This document shows positions 1 to 14,040 of a DNA stretch of 36,861 bases, piece after piece. A model generated the notes under the pieces. That model was given only the letters and a program-made list of their open reading frames with translations, was not told where the DNA came from and did not search any database. The DNA is from Guillardia theta CCMP2712. Lineage: Eukaryota; Protista; Cryptophyta. The DNA lies in the NCBI RefSeq assembly GCF_000315625.1, contig NW_005434597.1:390641-427501 (forward strand), in the 5' to 3' direction. Numbering within the stretch: the first letter of the stretch is position 1; each line of letters starts with the position of its first letter. A program made the position numbers and the translations under genes.

Positions 1-33
1 GAGGAGGAGGAGGAGGAGGAGGAGGAGGAGGAG
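1..33 (+). repeat. (GAG)n microsatellite
   Basis: 11 GAG units at the window start. Confidence 0.95.
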
Positions 34-2680
34 GTAGAAGGTACCTGAGAACGCTCGAGGAGTCTTTGAACTGTCTTGTCAGGCTGCGAGATGATGGTAA
101 GATCTATCGCAACTCATTCTCCTGCATCGCTGACATTCCCCAGAGCTCTTTTGACGTCCTCCAGCTGCTCGACTCTGGGAATATCTGCAGGAAAACGAAT
201 GAGATGACGAAGTCAAGATCGAGTGACGCTGACAGTGAAATAGACGTCCAGCCCGCTCGATTCTCGAACAATTTCTTTCATGCTGAAAGTTCCTGCAGAG
301 GATCACAATGAGTTTCAAAAGCAGATCACCAACAGGCTGGAAAGTGTTGACGATTTACCTTCAGCTACCTTAATGGCGTCACAGAGTTCCTTGTGGATTT
401 CTTGGCAGCAAGTAAGGATCTTCCTAAGAATCAGTGTTCAGACCTCTCAGCAGGGCATCGTTCGGCTTCGAAACGAGGCTCTCGTCCTCGCCGAACACCT
501 TCAGCCTCCGTCAGGACCGAGCCACGTTCAGGTCAAGATTTGACTGCAGACCATAACGGCATCCAGACGCGAGGAGTCAAGAGGCTTTCTAGCCTGCAAC
601 AGCGCGACGATTGCAGGACGCTGGGTGGGTGTGAGGAGGAAGAAGGAAAAGAAGATCGTCGACCTTGTGGATCTGAGCAACCTCGAGAGGAGTGAAACCT
701 GGCGGCGAGGAGAATGAGGAGGGTCAAGAGAGAGGAGGAGGGAGGGAGGAGAGGAGGAGAGAGATGAATTGAGGAGAGAGGAGCATTCGGCTGCAGCCGG
801 TGAAGTTGAGCAAGTTTTTGAGTTTCACCTTCACGGTTTGTGATGTCTGCTGTGACGCCCTCCTGCTCATCACTTGTCATCTTCTAGCAATGGCTCCTCC
901 TCCTCCTCCTCCTCCTCCACAATCTTTCCTGCAGCAGCCGTGCCGTGACATCTGGTGCTCTGCGTGCAACTACATCAAGATTCATATCCAAGCTCTCAGC
1001 AAGCAAACCCGATAGTCATGCTCTTCGCCAGGATATGCAGTGCTGTGTTCCCCTGTCGCAAGGGTGATCGAGGGCTTTCAGCATAACATCAAACCACCTC
1101 CTTGTCTTTTCTGTTCAGAAATTTGATCTTGTCCGCGTCATTTGATATCCCATCCAAGAGATATTCTGCCGTTGGTAAATCTCCAGATTCGGCCACCTGG
1201 CTGATATTGGAACAAGAATCTTCGCAAGGTTTTCTCTTGATACTCACCATGTGCATCGAAGTTTTTCTTCCAGCCTCTCGCTTAAGCTGAACTTCGTACT
1301 CTTCGTGTAGCAGCTATAGGAAAGCAACAACACTGAGTTATCCTCCCGTCCATTCCCTTACAGTCAGCTACCTTCACCATGTTCAGCTTGGCTTTCTTCA
1401 TTGCCAACAGCATTGCGTCCAATCCATTCTGCAACAACAGAAAGCTCGTGTGAAAGAATGTATCCTGATATCATCCAAGTTGCCAAATCTCAGCATCTCA
1501 ACTCACAGAATCCACCGCACTGAGTTGCTCGATTGCCCTTTGCTGAACGAAAACCAATCATCGGGGAAAGAAGCGAGGAGATGAATCAGAAGCACCTGTA
1601 GCAAGAGGCGTACAGCATTGACGTCGGAAATGAGAATCTACACCATTATAAGAATTTTCATCCACTTCCAAGTTGGGAAGGTTCACAGCCAAGTGAAGGG
1701 GAATCTGCGCTTGCATATTCTTTCTGCGATAACCCAGTAACCATGTGTTGGATATCAGAACAGCTTTCACTTGAGAAGATTCGAGCCGCTTTGTATCAAC
1801 CAAGCTGTGACACTTGTATTTCCGTGCTTAACAGAAGTATGCAGTAGTCCATTGCCCTGTGGGTTAAAAATTCCGTGAGATAGCTGAATGAGTATCGCAT
1901 GTATCGAGCCTCGTCGTCTTGATATGCATCAACATCAACATTCGGTCGGAGGATACTCCTGAAAGATCACGAATCATGTTCTGCATACAACCTGATAGAC
2001 AAGCAGCGTTTACTTGAATTCGTCAACGTTTCCTTCTTGAGCGGCAAAGAAGAGGTCCGTGACAAACTTGTTGGAGTTCAAATATTCTTCATCTGAGAAC
2101 TGCACATGCTTTGTGTTGCCCTGCCATTCAAGTCATTCGAACCCCCACAGACAGAGCATCCACCTCCTCCTGCCTCGACTCGTCATTCGATTCCTCAGTT
2201 CTCGTCTGTGCGGATTCTTCATCTTCATCCTCTGACTCCCCCTCGCCGCTGCCTTCTGTCGACTCATCTTCCGTCTGATCGAAAGTTCACGTGCATACAG
2301 CAAGTTGTCTCCTCCCATACCTCATCCTGAGTGCTCAAAACTTCTTCATCTGACGCCTGTTCTTCGTCCGACTCGCTTACTGCATCAGCTAGCATACGAT
2401 AAGACACCTGAACCTCCTGCTCAGACTTGCTACCTTGCTTCCCCTTCTTGTCTCTCTCGATGCTCGCACCATCTTTGATGGCTTCAAGACACAGCAGTCA
2501 GTATAAATCAAGGCGTTCAACTCTGAAATGAATGTTGGACCTGAAAGATTATCTCCTGCCGTTGGCTACAAAGAAAGTGTTAGTGCGTCCAGGTGCGGTG
2601 TAAACATGGCGAACCTTCGCCGGCCTTGCCTGATCTAGGTTAGAAAATGGCTTCTTCTTGGTAGAGGAGCCCGCGCCCAT
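1..2680 (-). CDS. Multi-exon ankyrin-repeat protein with putative N-myristoylation; 3' end probably runs off the window
   Basis: ATG at 2680 gives MGAGSSTKKKPF. Exon translations contain ankyrin motifs: LFFAAQEGNVDEF, GNGLLHTSVKHGNTSVTAWLIQSGS, KNMQAQIPLHLAVN, GLDAMLLAMKKAKLNMVK, VAESGDLPTAEYLL, GNTALHILAK. Confidence 0.75.
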
Positions 2681-3109
2681 AATGGCAAAACCTGATATGT
2701 CATTCAGAAGCATGAAATGTACTCAGGTACGTTTCCCAACAAACTGACTGGGGCACCCAAGCTTCCATGGAGATAATGGGAAAGACAGGAAGTGGCATGG
2801 AAGTAAAGCAACAGAAACAGTGTGGTCAATCAGATGTCATGGAATCTCGACATGCTCGATCAATCAGCTCAATCATTCGCTGACAGTGTTCAAAAGGAAT
2901 TCAACGCATCCTAACGCCTCAACTGAACATGGAGGAGTCAGAGGGGATAAGGGCTTCTGTCACTTGCTGTCACGCATGTAGGGGCGTCAACTAGCTTCTC
3001 ATCCAGTTCCTAGCACTCCTCTCTCCCTCGCCCTCGCTCCTTTCTTTACGTTTAACCGTGCTCTGATCCCTTCCCACCCGCCATTTCAGATCAGCGAACA
3101 TCATCACCC

Positions 3110-3370
3110 TCATACTGCCCCGGCGCACTGCCCGGCGCACTGCCCGGCGGCCCGGCGCACTGCGCTCAGCCTGGACTGAGTCTTCTGAAGGTTTGCCAGT
3201 ACCGGCATGCGGCACAGCGGCACTGCTGTTCAACGGGTTGCGGGACCCAGTGCCCCGGCGCAGTGCCCGCAGCCTGGCTGCGGCGGGCCCCCGGCCGGGC
3301 GGCCGCGGGCCCGGCAATCCCGCCGAGTCCGGCGATACGGTCCAATCACTGATTCACGTGACCGTGCCCG
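3110..3370. promoter_or_regulatory. GC/CpG-rich intergenic island between divergent genes, including short ACTGCCCGGCGC tandem units
   Basis: Abrupt CCGG/GCCG-rich composition between the ankyrin gene (-) and the GGQ gene (+); 12-bp units at ~3114-3163. Confidence 0.45.
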
Positions 3371-3379
3371 CTTCGGACA

Positions 3380-4486
3380 TGTTCACGAGGCAGCAGGTTT
3401 CTGACTGCTCGTGACTTTGTGGAGACAAACGAAGGCATGAGATATACAAGAGCGATAGAAGAGACTGCAAGGGAGTAGGCGACGAGATAGGAAGAGCAAC
3501 TCAACAGAGTTCCATACCATCCTCAACTCGACTGAATCAGCAAGGCTGGAAGATCATTGGGGGGAGAGGGTACCGAGAGCTTCTTCGATTGTAATGATCA
3601 GAGCTGGGTAACGTCCCCTCGGATCTACTCGTTAAAACAACTGACATTGGCAAGGTGGGGAAAGTCGAACACCTCCTGGTTGTGTACTCGTCCGACTCAC
3701 ATACTCTCTATCTTACGCAAAAGGTTTTTCTGTTATCTTGCTGAGCTATCGTTGAAGCAGGATTCAGGTTGATACATATTCCATACGTGGACGAAAGCAA
3801 GCTCATAATAAAGTTTGCGCGGTCGTCAGGGCCAGGGGGTCAGGTAATTCCTACAGGGCTTGAATGTGGTTGTTGGATACAGCTGACACGATGGCAGCAT
3901 GTCAACAAGACAGAATCTAAAGTAGATATGAGAGTCAGGCTGCAGGATATCAACCTCCCTAAAGAGGTACTGATTCAGATTGTTTGTCGGAGGGATGTTG
4001 AAGGCGCGGCAGGCCATGATTCGCTTGAAAGATATTTATTCTTCCAAGATCAACAAGAATGATGAGCTAGTAGTAACGTCTGAAGAACATAAAGTGAGAC
4101 AGGTAGCGGGCATGTTTTCGCATCAAAATTGTATGGTAAGCAGTTGCTGATACAGAGAAACTACAACCAATGCATGGAGAAGCTGAATGATATTCTCACT
4201 GATGCCGCCACATTGCCGGTCTTTTCTGTGTTGATTTCTACTTGCGTGAACTGATGATCTCAATGCAGAAGGAAAGAAACATGAATAGCAAAACCAAGGT
4301 TGCATTGTGACGATTTCCGATGCGATTTTATATAAATGGTCTACATTGTTCAGGGAAAGTTTAATGATCGTCGTCTGGAAGAAAAGAAACAGCAGGTCTG
4401 TGAATTCTCTGTCAAGTTGTAAATTTTCATGATGTGTTTGCCACCAGAGCATGAAGAAGCTCGCTCGCAGAAATGACTGTGACTGA
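3380..4486 (+). CDS. ICT1/ArfB (YaeJ)-like peptidyl-tRNA hydrolase, class I release factor GGQ domain, organellar; multi-exon, start uncertain
   Basis: KLIIKFARSSGPGGQ [intron GTAATT..GGCAG] HVNKTESKVDMR, later LVVTSEEH, and a basic tail RRLEEKKQ..SMKKLARRNDCD* (TGA 4484-4486). Confidence 0.85.
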
Positions 4487-4636
4487 TCTCGTCGATTGCG
4501 ACACATGAGCAGATGACTTGTATTCTCCCCGAACCAGACTGCTTTGAACGAGGCATCCCCTTGATTTTGATGAAGTGCTATTCTTTTTATTATTTGATGA
4601 AGACGTATGCTACAAAGATTTCCTTAACACAAAATA

Positions 4637-5765
4637 TCACGGGAAAAAATCGACCCGTTCACGAGCTGTAAATTGAAAGGAGTTCTCAACAACCTTCAGA
4701 GCTAGAGGCTCTGGTAGTCCGAGCATTGAGATCACAGGCGATGTTTCGGGCACATAGAGAAAGCCGTCTCCATGCAGCATCAAAGTCTGCAATGTCAGAT
4801 CAGCAATGATGGAGCAATAGGGCTGAGCTACAATAGTACCTGACCCGAATGTTTGACGTTCGAGATGCAGATGTTGGGGCCATGATACGACACCTGCCAC
4901 TTGCCAGCCATGATCCCATCGGCAGGCACTCGATCTCCTTTGCCCTGGTCCAGCTGGCAAATTGAACCTTTTGCACGGAAGTCATCCTCGTAGTACTCGC
5001 CATTGTCTGCGAGCTTGACGGGTTGGGCCGGTATCTGATATCGAATGCATGCTGAATCACCGTGAGAGATCTGCACTAAGGTTCCGTGCACAACATGTCG
5101 GAAAGTGGTGAAGTCAGTCAGCGCAAGCTTGTCCTGTCCGTGAAGATACTTCCATCTCTGGACGCCCGTGCTCTGATCAATACTTAGAGCTGTTCGTGGC
5201 AAAGAAAGTATGCATACCTCCACAACGTAGTCGATGATCATTCGTAACAATTCATTGTCGATCATTCGGAGCTTCGACATTGCTCCCAAGCGCTGGTGTG
5301 CTCCCATACAGACTGTGGCACTCAGTTCACAGAGCCATTGTTCGCTCATCCTTTCAAAGGCAAGGATATGCTCAATCACTGTCTAAACTTTGCGATTCTC
5401 AAACAAATGCGAATTCAACCAAATTCCGCGTCCACAACAAACTTGATTTCTTTCACGACCAGCTCTAACACCAGAGTTGAATCTCGTCGATATGAAATAA
5501 CGTTTCAAGGAATCTTGGTTTAGGCTCCTAGGCTCACTTGTTCTCTCTGATAATACTGTTCTTGGTCTCCTCAATCCTCTTGTCGGTTCGACGTCCAAAG
5601 AGTCTAACGCTATTTCCTTTTCTTGTCGAGATGGTTCAAGTCAAATCAAGATAGAGGAGTTGATGGGTGGATAGATTCACTGAGAGAAGGCTCTGCGACT
5701 GACGGTAGGTCCGATCAAGCTGTCGCCCTCCTTGTGGCCATGATGGACGCAGACCGAACTTGCAT
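4637..5765 (-). CDS. Hypothetical protein with F-box-like HxRLG motif; multi-exon
   Basis: VCMGAHQRLGAMSKLRMIDNELLRMIIDYV resembles the algal 'H-x-RLG..S.l..l..dll..I' F-box-like motif; overlapping ORFs linked by short introns. Confidence 0.55.
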
Positions 5766-5819
5766 GGCGGCAATTTCAAATTCAAATCCTACTGGTTTTC
5801 TCAATTTTCATTCAACTTA

Positions 5820-6190
5820 GCCCGCCCCGGCGTCCAGTCACCCGTGTGCCGGCGAACTCCGATGACTGAGTCCGGCGTGACTTGCCACTCACTGCACAGC
5901 AGTTGAACCGTTGAACCGGCGTGCCACGGTCACGGTCACCGGGTGACTCCCGGCGGAGAGTCCGGCCGGGCCGCTCCGAGCGGCTCACTGAGTCCCGTCA
6001 GACGGGGGCCTCGCCGAGAGTCGGCCGCGGTGACTGCCGCAGGCTCCGGAGACCCTACCAGGAGACACGGAGCCTGTGGTTCCGATAACCGGGTGACACT
6101 GGGTCACTGTCACGGGCCCGGGCCCGCCGGAATCGTATCATGGCATGCCAGGATTGAGCGAGTACGGTCGGTACGGTCGGGGTGAGTCAG
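5820..6190. promoter_or_regulatory. GC/CpG-rich intergenic island
   Basis: CCGG, GTCAC/GTGAC and GAGTC/GACTC-dense stretch upstream of the minus-strand gene starting near 5765. Confidence 0.4.
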
Positions 6191-6413
6191 AGAGGCTGCC
6201 ATGGTAACTGACAGTGAAAGCCTTTCGGATCCATAATAACAATGTGGATGACCATCTCTATACTATCAATGGTGACAAATTGGCTTGTATTGCAAAGCGG
6301 AGAGAGACTATTTCAAATCATTGTACAAAGTCCGCATCTTATCACAAGAAGCAACGATATTACAGAACAAGTTTCACCTATCCATCACTGAAACAATTTC
6401 AACCTCGGGGAGT

Positions 6414-6932
6414 CTACTTTGTTTTCATCCGATTTCTCCTAACTCCTTTGCTTGTATACGGCCATTTCAATACACCAAGTTTCCTGCAAACAAGCTTCAT
6501 CGTCGACTTGCCCACACCCTGCCCAGATTCATCAGTGCACTTCAAGGGGAAAATGATATTCAGGGAACTCACAAGACTTTTTGCAGCAATTTCCATTTTC
6601 TCATGAAAATGTTGCTCAAGCATGGTTTTGTCTATCCTTATGATAGTCTCAGAGTGACCTCCTTTTCTAGTTCTAACCATGACAACATCTTCGGATTCGC
6701 CATGCTCAACTCCAAGAGTTGAAACCTCAGTATCATGATCGGCATTGGATTGTATACTTCCAGATTCCGAATGCCTGCTGTCTTCAAAGATGTCTTCACA
6801 ATTGAATCCGTCTTTGGAATCCAAATCTTCAATCGGGACATCCGCGTACGCCTCTTTCTCAACAATGTTGTCCAGCAACGAGAAATTCCAACTCTCACAA
6901 GCAGTCTGCCCCTCCCTGAGGAATTCTGACAT
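6414..6932 (-). CDS. RWP-RK domain transcription factor (54-nt in-frame intron 6519-6572)
   Basis: IDKTMLEQHFHEKMEIAAKSL [intron GTGAG..GGCAG] GVGKSTMKLVCRKLGVLKWPY matches the RWP-RK consensus (F..p...AAk.LgV..t.lK..CRk.GI.rWP). Confidence 0.9.
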   Translation of the reverse strand: MSEFLREGQTACESWNFSLLDNIVEKEAYADVPIEDLDSKDGFNCEDIFEDSRHSESGSIQSNADHDTEVSTLGVEHGESEDVVMVRTRKGGHSETIIRIDKTMLEQHFHEKMEIAAKSLVSSLNIIFPLKCTDESGQGVGKSTMKLVCRKLGVLKWPYTSKGVRRNRMKTK

Positions 6933-7189
6933 CGTGAGATCACTCAGTGACTGAGAAGGATCGTGCGAACAATCAAGTAGACTTGACGCCGGGTTTTGTT
7001 GGCAAACGTCTGGAGCTGAGTTTCTCCGTGTGCGTTCAATGGTCGACTCTGTCTGTGGCCTTTATTTCAATGACGGTCATAAGTCGAAAGTACTACTTTT
7101 CGCGGGGAGTTAAAACAAAGACCATGCCAAGGAATCTTTTTTGGAAGGGAATTGGTCAGCAGTTTCAGGAAAACAGTCCGATCGAACTG

Positions 7190-7980
7190 CGCGGGTTGAA
7201 CGCCGGGCGGGCCCCATGGTACTGTACGGTAGTCGGCCGGGAGCTGCCGGGAGGCTGCCGCTGTGCGTTGGCCTTCCCGCCCGACTCTACGGCATGCCCG
7301 GCATCCGGAGGCTACCGGCCGTACTTCTCAGGGCCGTGGCACCGTCCCGGGCGTGACTGCCAGGTCAGCGGGCCACGGCCACGGCGGCCATGACTCGAGT
7401 CACTGAGTGATCCGCCCGCGGCCGACTCCCAAGTCACGGGCCGCGGCCCAGACTCCGCGGCGGCTGCCGCAGTGCCGTGCCATGACTCGGCCCTGAGGCT
7501 AAGTTGAAGCGTTGAACCGTTTAACAGTCACCGTGAGTGTCACTGTGAAACGGTGTGTTGAACGCCGGGCGGCGGTCCCGAGGCGGCCCCACCGTGGCAC
7601 TGCAGTCACCGTACGGTGGCACCACTGAGCGGCGGCGGCGCGCCGGGGTCCGGCGGACCCGGCCGGGCGTCGACGATCGGACTCCGATGACCCCGAGGCT
7701 TGGTCACCGGACTGCCCGGCGCGGGCAGTGCGGCACCCGGTGACCCGGTTCATCAGACACAGCGCGGCGGCGTTACATTTTCTTGTTCAGTGTTTGTGTG
7801 ACTTTCTGACGTCCGTCCGATACGGCGCCCGGTCGGACTCCGACGGCGAAGCCGACTCGGGCTCCGAGTCCGCCGGGCCCAGGCTGTCCGGGACTTGGGA
7901 TGCTTGGCCCGGGGTTCGTTCAATCCGAGTCCACCGCGGGAAGTTCCGGCGAGCCTCGGAGTGGGCCCCGCCGCGCCTTC
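7190..7980. promoter_or_regulatory. Large GC/CpG-rich intergenic island between divergent genes
   Basis: ~800 bp CCGG/GACTC/GTCAC-rich block between RWP-RK (-) and TraB-like (+) genes, ending abruptly in an AT-rich tract at ~7990. Confidence 0.45.
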
Positions 7981-8467
7981 AAGCAAGTTACAAATCTATT
8001 ATATAATTTACTAAAGTTTTATCTTTGTAGCAAGTGCAATAACATTTGTACCAGAATTCGAATTTTATATACATGTACATATACTAAAAATTGTAAAATG
8101 TTGTAGGGTCGCAACGAGGGGTTGCAGCACAGCATGGCGGAATGGGCGGGAGACTGTGGGGAGGATTCATGGAGGACCCGAGGGAGTCAGAGCATGAGAA
8201 GATGCGTGATTCTGATGTCAAAGACATGTCTGTATCATCATCGAATGCCTGATGATATAGTTTATTCATGCTTGTTCCCTTTTTCTTCATAGATACGAAT
8301 TATGTTCCCCTCTTATTTTTCAAGGGATGACATTATACAGTCGCGTAGAGTGGACTGCTCATACACATAGATGTTTGCACTGGCTTTTTTAGTAGGATAT
8401 CAGATCAGAATATGATATATGATACTACAGTTTTGATAGACTTTAGAATGTTTGAGTGCTTACATGA

Positions 8468-10255
8468 ATGCGTGATTGGCAGATGACATACCTGACCAAG
8501 CTCGCAAGTTTTCAATTATTTCTGGTGGTGGCGTCTCAGACACAAGTGCAAGCTTTCAGCCCTACCTTTAATCCTTCCATGGCTCCAGCCTTCACATCAA
8601 GATGCTGCAGAATACACGCAAGAACTAGAACGCGTCTGCAAAGTATGGTCATGAATCAAAATGAAAATCAGATGGAGCAGGAGTTCAAAAGTCTGTACAA
8701 TTACCCCCAGCCATCTGTGTCATCGTCCGACAATGGCAGTCCTTCATTTCTGAGGCTGATTCGAACGGATACGAGATGGTTCGAGCTACAGACTGCTGTC
8801 GTCTCGTATTTTAAACCCAAGTCTTCGGATGAAGAATATCAAGTTGATTTGTTCTCGATGGTGCACTTGGCAGATCCTCTGTATTATAGGCAATTGCTGA
8901 ATGCAACTTCGCAGTATGAAAAAGTTTTGTATGAGCTTATTGTCGATGAAGACGTGGTTGAACGCGACGAAGCTGGCTGGAAACGACTCAAGGAAACGTT
9001 AGTTCCAGCAAACGACGAGCGAGTGATGGCAGCTAGGAACGGTTTCCAAGCCCAGCTGGAAGCAATTGATTACTGTCGAGAAAATTGGTTCCTTGCTGAT
9101 CTTGATCGGAAAACGATTAAGACTCTTCAAGCCCAGAGAGGTGAAGGTCTTCCGCCGAACGCCTTTCAGGCTGCAATGGCCGGATGGGGTACGGGAAATT
9201 TTCGTAGGCTGCCTGAATCACTACGCGACCTGATCAGAAAATGGTTGAGAGCACCGATATGGCTGGTGCCATGTCCAGAGGGAGCAATGCTGATGCTAGA
9301 CTGGGCCATGTCTGAGAAAGGATCCTTGAGTGAAGTTTTGATGGCGATGCTAGACAGCGTTAGGTCCTTTAATTTCAGGTCGCTTGGAAAACTTGCTTTT
9401 GGACAGGTACATTCTTGTCTGAATTTCACAGACTAGATGAGGTAATGTTTGCTTTTTGTTCAGCTCCTGGTTTCGGGGACGATGGCGTGTGATGGACCTC
9501 AGACTGTGATAATCTCCGAAAGGAACAAGGAAGCAATTCACGAGATCTTGCGATTAAAGGTTGATTGACAAGCCAGGTCACCTCTTCTCTGATTGTATGC
9601 AGGAGGATGGAGTAAAGCAGACTGCTTTGCTTTATGGAGGTCTGCACGGTCCAGACCTCGGTGAAGATTTTTTGAATCTTTGATATTTCATCAAGAATGT
9701 TGTTGGCTGAGTCTCCTTTGATGAATTGCAGATCGAAGGTTGAGAACACAACATGGGTTTCAAAGAGGACAAACTAGGTCTTTTACCTCTAATGTTGCTC
9801 AAGGATGAATTATGACGGAGCTACAGATGGCTCACTGCTTGGCGTATTGCTGTCCCAGAGCCTCAAGTCTCGTTGGAAAATCTTGTATTCCTGCTTGCAA
9901 CATACTTGTGGTGAGTTTTGCTGCTTTCAATGTTTGGAATGACCACATTGCAGTCTTGACGGGATCGATTGGTTGTCGACTATTTCAAGCTTAGCTGAAG
10001 AGATTTCAAACTCCCGATTTGATTCGGCGATGGTGCTTGCAGTGGTGAGCACTTGCCAGTCAAGTTGGACTTGTTCTCAACTGTTTCACAGGCTTACCTT
10101 GCACGGCATGGAATTCTCTATTATTCAGTAGGGCGCTGGTTTGTTGCTTGGGACAAGCCACTTTTTGTGGATTCCAACCTTCAATAGCATTAGGTTACAT
10201 GGCAGACCTTGCAAGTGTATTTGTATGTCAATTTTTCAAAAACAAAATCAGTATA
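8468..10255 (+). CDS. Plastid-targeted TraB/GumN-like protein with hydrophobic C-terminal region; multi-exon, 3' end approximate
   Basis: Signal peptide ending VQA-FSP plus S/R-rich transit peptide; VDLFSMVHLADPLYY..VLYELI; later exons VIISERNKEAI and ALLYGGLHGPDL match the H / RN / GxxH pattern of TraB-like folds. Confidence 0.6.
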
Positions 10256-10454
10256 AAAGCCTCAAAGGGGCTACTAATAACTGTGCTGATACTTGCCCGG
10301 GTCGGACCGTACCGTCCGACGGCGATCGGAACGGCCGCCCGGGCTCCGCCGGCCCCCGGGCCAGGCCGCCGGCTGTCCGGGCCGCACGTGCGTTGAGTAG
10401 AAAAGTCTTGGACAAAACTTGAAGAGAAAGTTGAGGAGAAGGGAGATTAGCGCG

Positions 10455-10508
10455 AGGAGAGGAGAGGAGAGGAGAGGAGAGGAGAGGAGAGGAGAGGAGA
10501 GGAGAGGA
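10455..10508 (+). repeat. (GAGAG)n microsatellite
   Basis: Run of GGAGA units. Confidence 0.95.
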
Positions 10509-10632
10509 GGAAAAGAAGAGAGACCACAATAGGTCACGAGATACTAGGGACCATAGGACCCTCTCCAGCTAGTCTCTGTACCGGAGCTTCTTGCTGGGAG
10601 GAAGGAGGGCAGGGAGGGTGGAAAGGCAAAAC

Positions 10633-12555
<1,923 letters not shown>

Positions 12556-12726
12556 AGGTGACAAAGAAAGCGCGAGCGAAAAGAGACCATGTTATGGCAT
12601 ACTCGCTTTAGTTTGCAAAATGAAAGCAAACTCAACAAACAACTCAATCCACAACTGCAAGATGTTCTCATCACACCTTGCACGTCAGGCCGATCTAAAT
12701 CGTCTAAGCTCACTGGCTCCGAGTAC

Positions 12727-14040
12727 TTAGGCAGAGACCTCCTTGCCGAAGACGTGAGTCTGAAGGACGTAGCCACCAACTGCCAAGGGAGTCAGTCACG
12801 TCCTTGGAGCCTCAAAGCTCGTAAGTCACCTGGGGTGATGGCATTGGCGGCTTTGGAGGACTCAGACTCGAAGGTAGCACGCCAGTCCTTCTTCTCGCCG
12901 TTGATGAGCTGCATGGTGGCAGACACAGCGCCAAAGGCAAGAGCATGGCCGCAGAAGAGGAGGTGGCCAGGGCTTGGGCGGACAGGCTTTGCCTGAGGCT
13001 TGGGGACCTGTTGCAGGTCACTACAAGTGGCATGAATCTTCAGCAAATTTTCACCTCAACTCCTGACACTGCAATAGGGGCCGCAAGCTGCGTCTGAGGA
13101 GCGTTGACCTCGTGAAGCTGCTGCACAGCCGAGGAGGACGCCGTGTTCCCGTACACGTCGCTGACGGAGAAGCCTCCGCAATCTCCACTGCCACAGGAGT
13201 AGCTGTCGGTAACGGTGAACCCGTTGCTGCCATCGTAGACGTTGCCAGCAGCATCAGTGGACTCGCAGTGGGTGAACTCGGAGCAGGAAAGCATGGAGGT
13301 GTTGTTGTTGGTCACCTCGTGAAGCTGCTGCACAGCCGAGGAGGACGCCGTGTTCCCGTACACGTCACCGACGGAGAAGCCTCCGCAATCTCCACTGCCA
13401 CAGGTGTAGCTGTCGGTAACGGTGAACCCGTTGTTGCCAGTGTAGACGTTGCCAGCCGAGTCTGTGTAGGAAGAGCTGAGCATGGAGGTGTTGTTGTTGG
13501 TCACCTCGTGAAGCTGCTGCACAGCCGAGGAGGACGCCGTGTTCCCGTACACGTCGCTGATGGAGAAGCCTCCGCAATCTCCACTGCCACAGGTGTAGCT
13601 GTCGGTAACGGTGAACCCGTTGTTGCCAGTGTAGACGTTGCCAGCCGAGTCTGTGTAGGAAGAGCTGAGCATGGAGGTCTTGTCTGCGACGGCATTGTAG
13701 GGATAGATGTCAGCATCGGACTGATTGGTGCCCACGCCAGAATCAAAGGAAGTTCCTGCAGCACAAGCGTCATTCATCTACGAACTCGCTCCCACACACA
13801 ACCTGATCCATAAGCGTCTCCACTCTCACAGCCCCATCCATAGGTCTGGTTCAACGAAGTAGTCTCATGAACAGCATCGGAACCGGTGTACGTCGGTGAA
13901 GTGGTGTCGTACACGGTGAAACCGTTGGTGTTGCTGGACGAGTAAGAGTCGATAACGGAGAAGCAGTTATTTCCATCACAGGTGTCAACGAAGTCCAAAC
14001 TTGGAAGATGAAGATCTGCGGAAAAGAAGGGAAGAAACAT
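12727..14040 (-). CDS. Ser/Thr/Gly/Asp/Cys-rich tandem-repeat protein (63-aa repeats); 5' exon(s) not resolved
   Basis: ORF 13040-13777 carries repeats of SSSYTDSAGNVYTGNNGFTVTDSYTCGSGDCGGFS(I/V)xDVYGNTASSSAVQQLHEVTNNNTSML. The upstream exon has related GFTVYD/CFSVIDSY motifs. The spliced C-terminus ends YVLQTHVFGKEVSA* at 12727. Confidence 0.75.
13105..13680 (-). repeat. Coding tandem repeat, 189-bp period, ~3 copies
   Basis: CATGGAGGT recurs at 13292, 13481 and 13670; the copies are near-identical. Confidence 0.95.

Noticed and set aside
7141-8006. Short Arg/Gly/Pro-rich ORFs in GC islands (also 2991-3414 and 5943-6185)
   Set aside because: Expected from high GC and stop-codon scarcity; no recognisable domains.
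13105-13680. CRISPR-like or non-coding repeat array
   Set aside because: The period is 189 nt (multiple of 3), there are no unique spacers, and it is fully coding on the minus strand.
13112-13813. 233-aa + strand ORF
   Set aside because: Antisense shadow of the repeat protein; splice signals and codon bias favour the minus strand.
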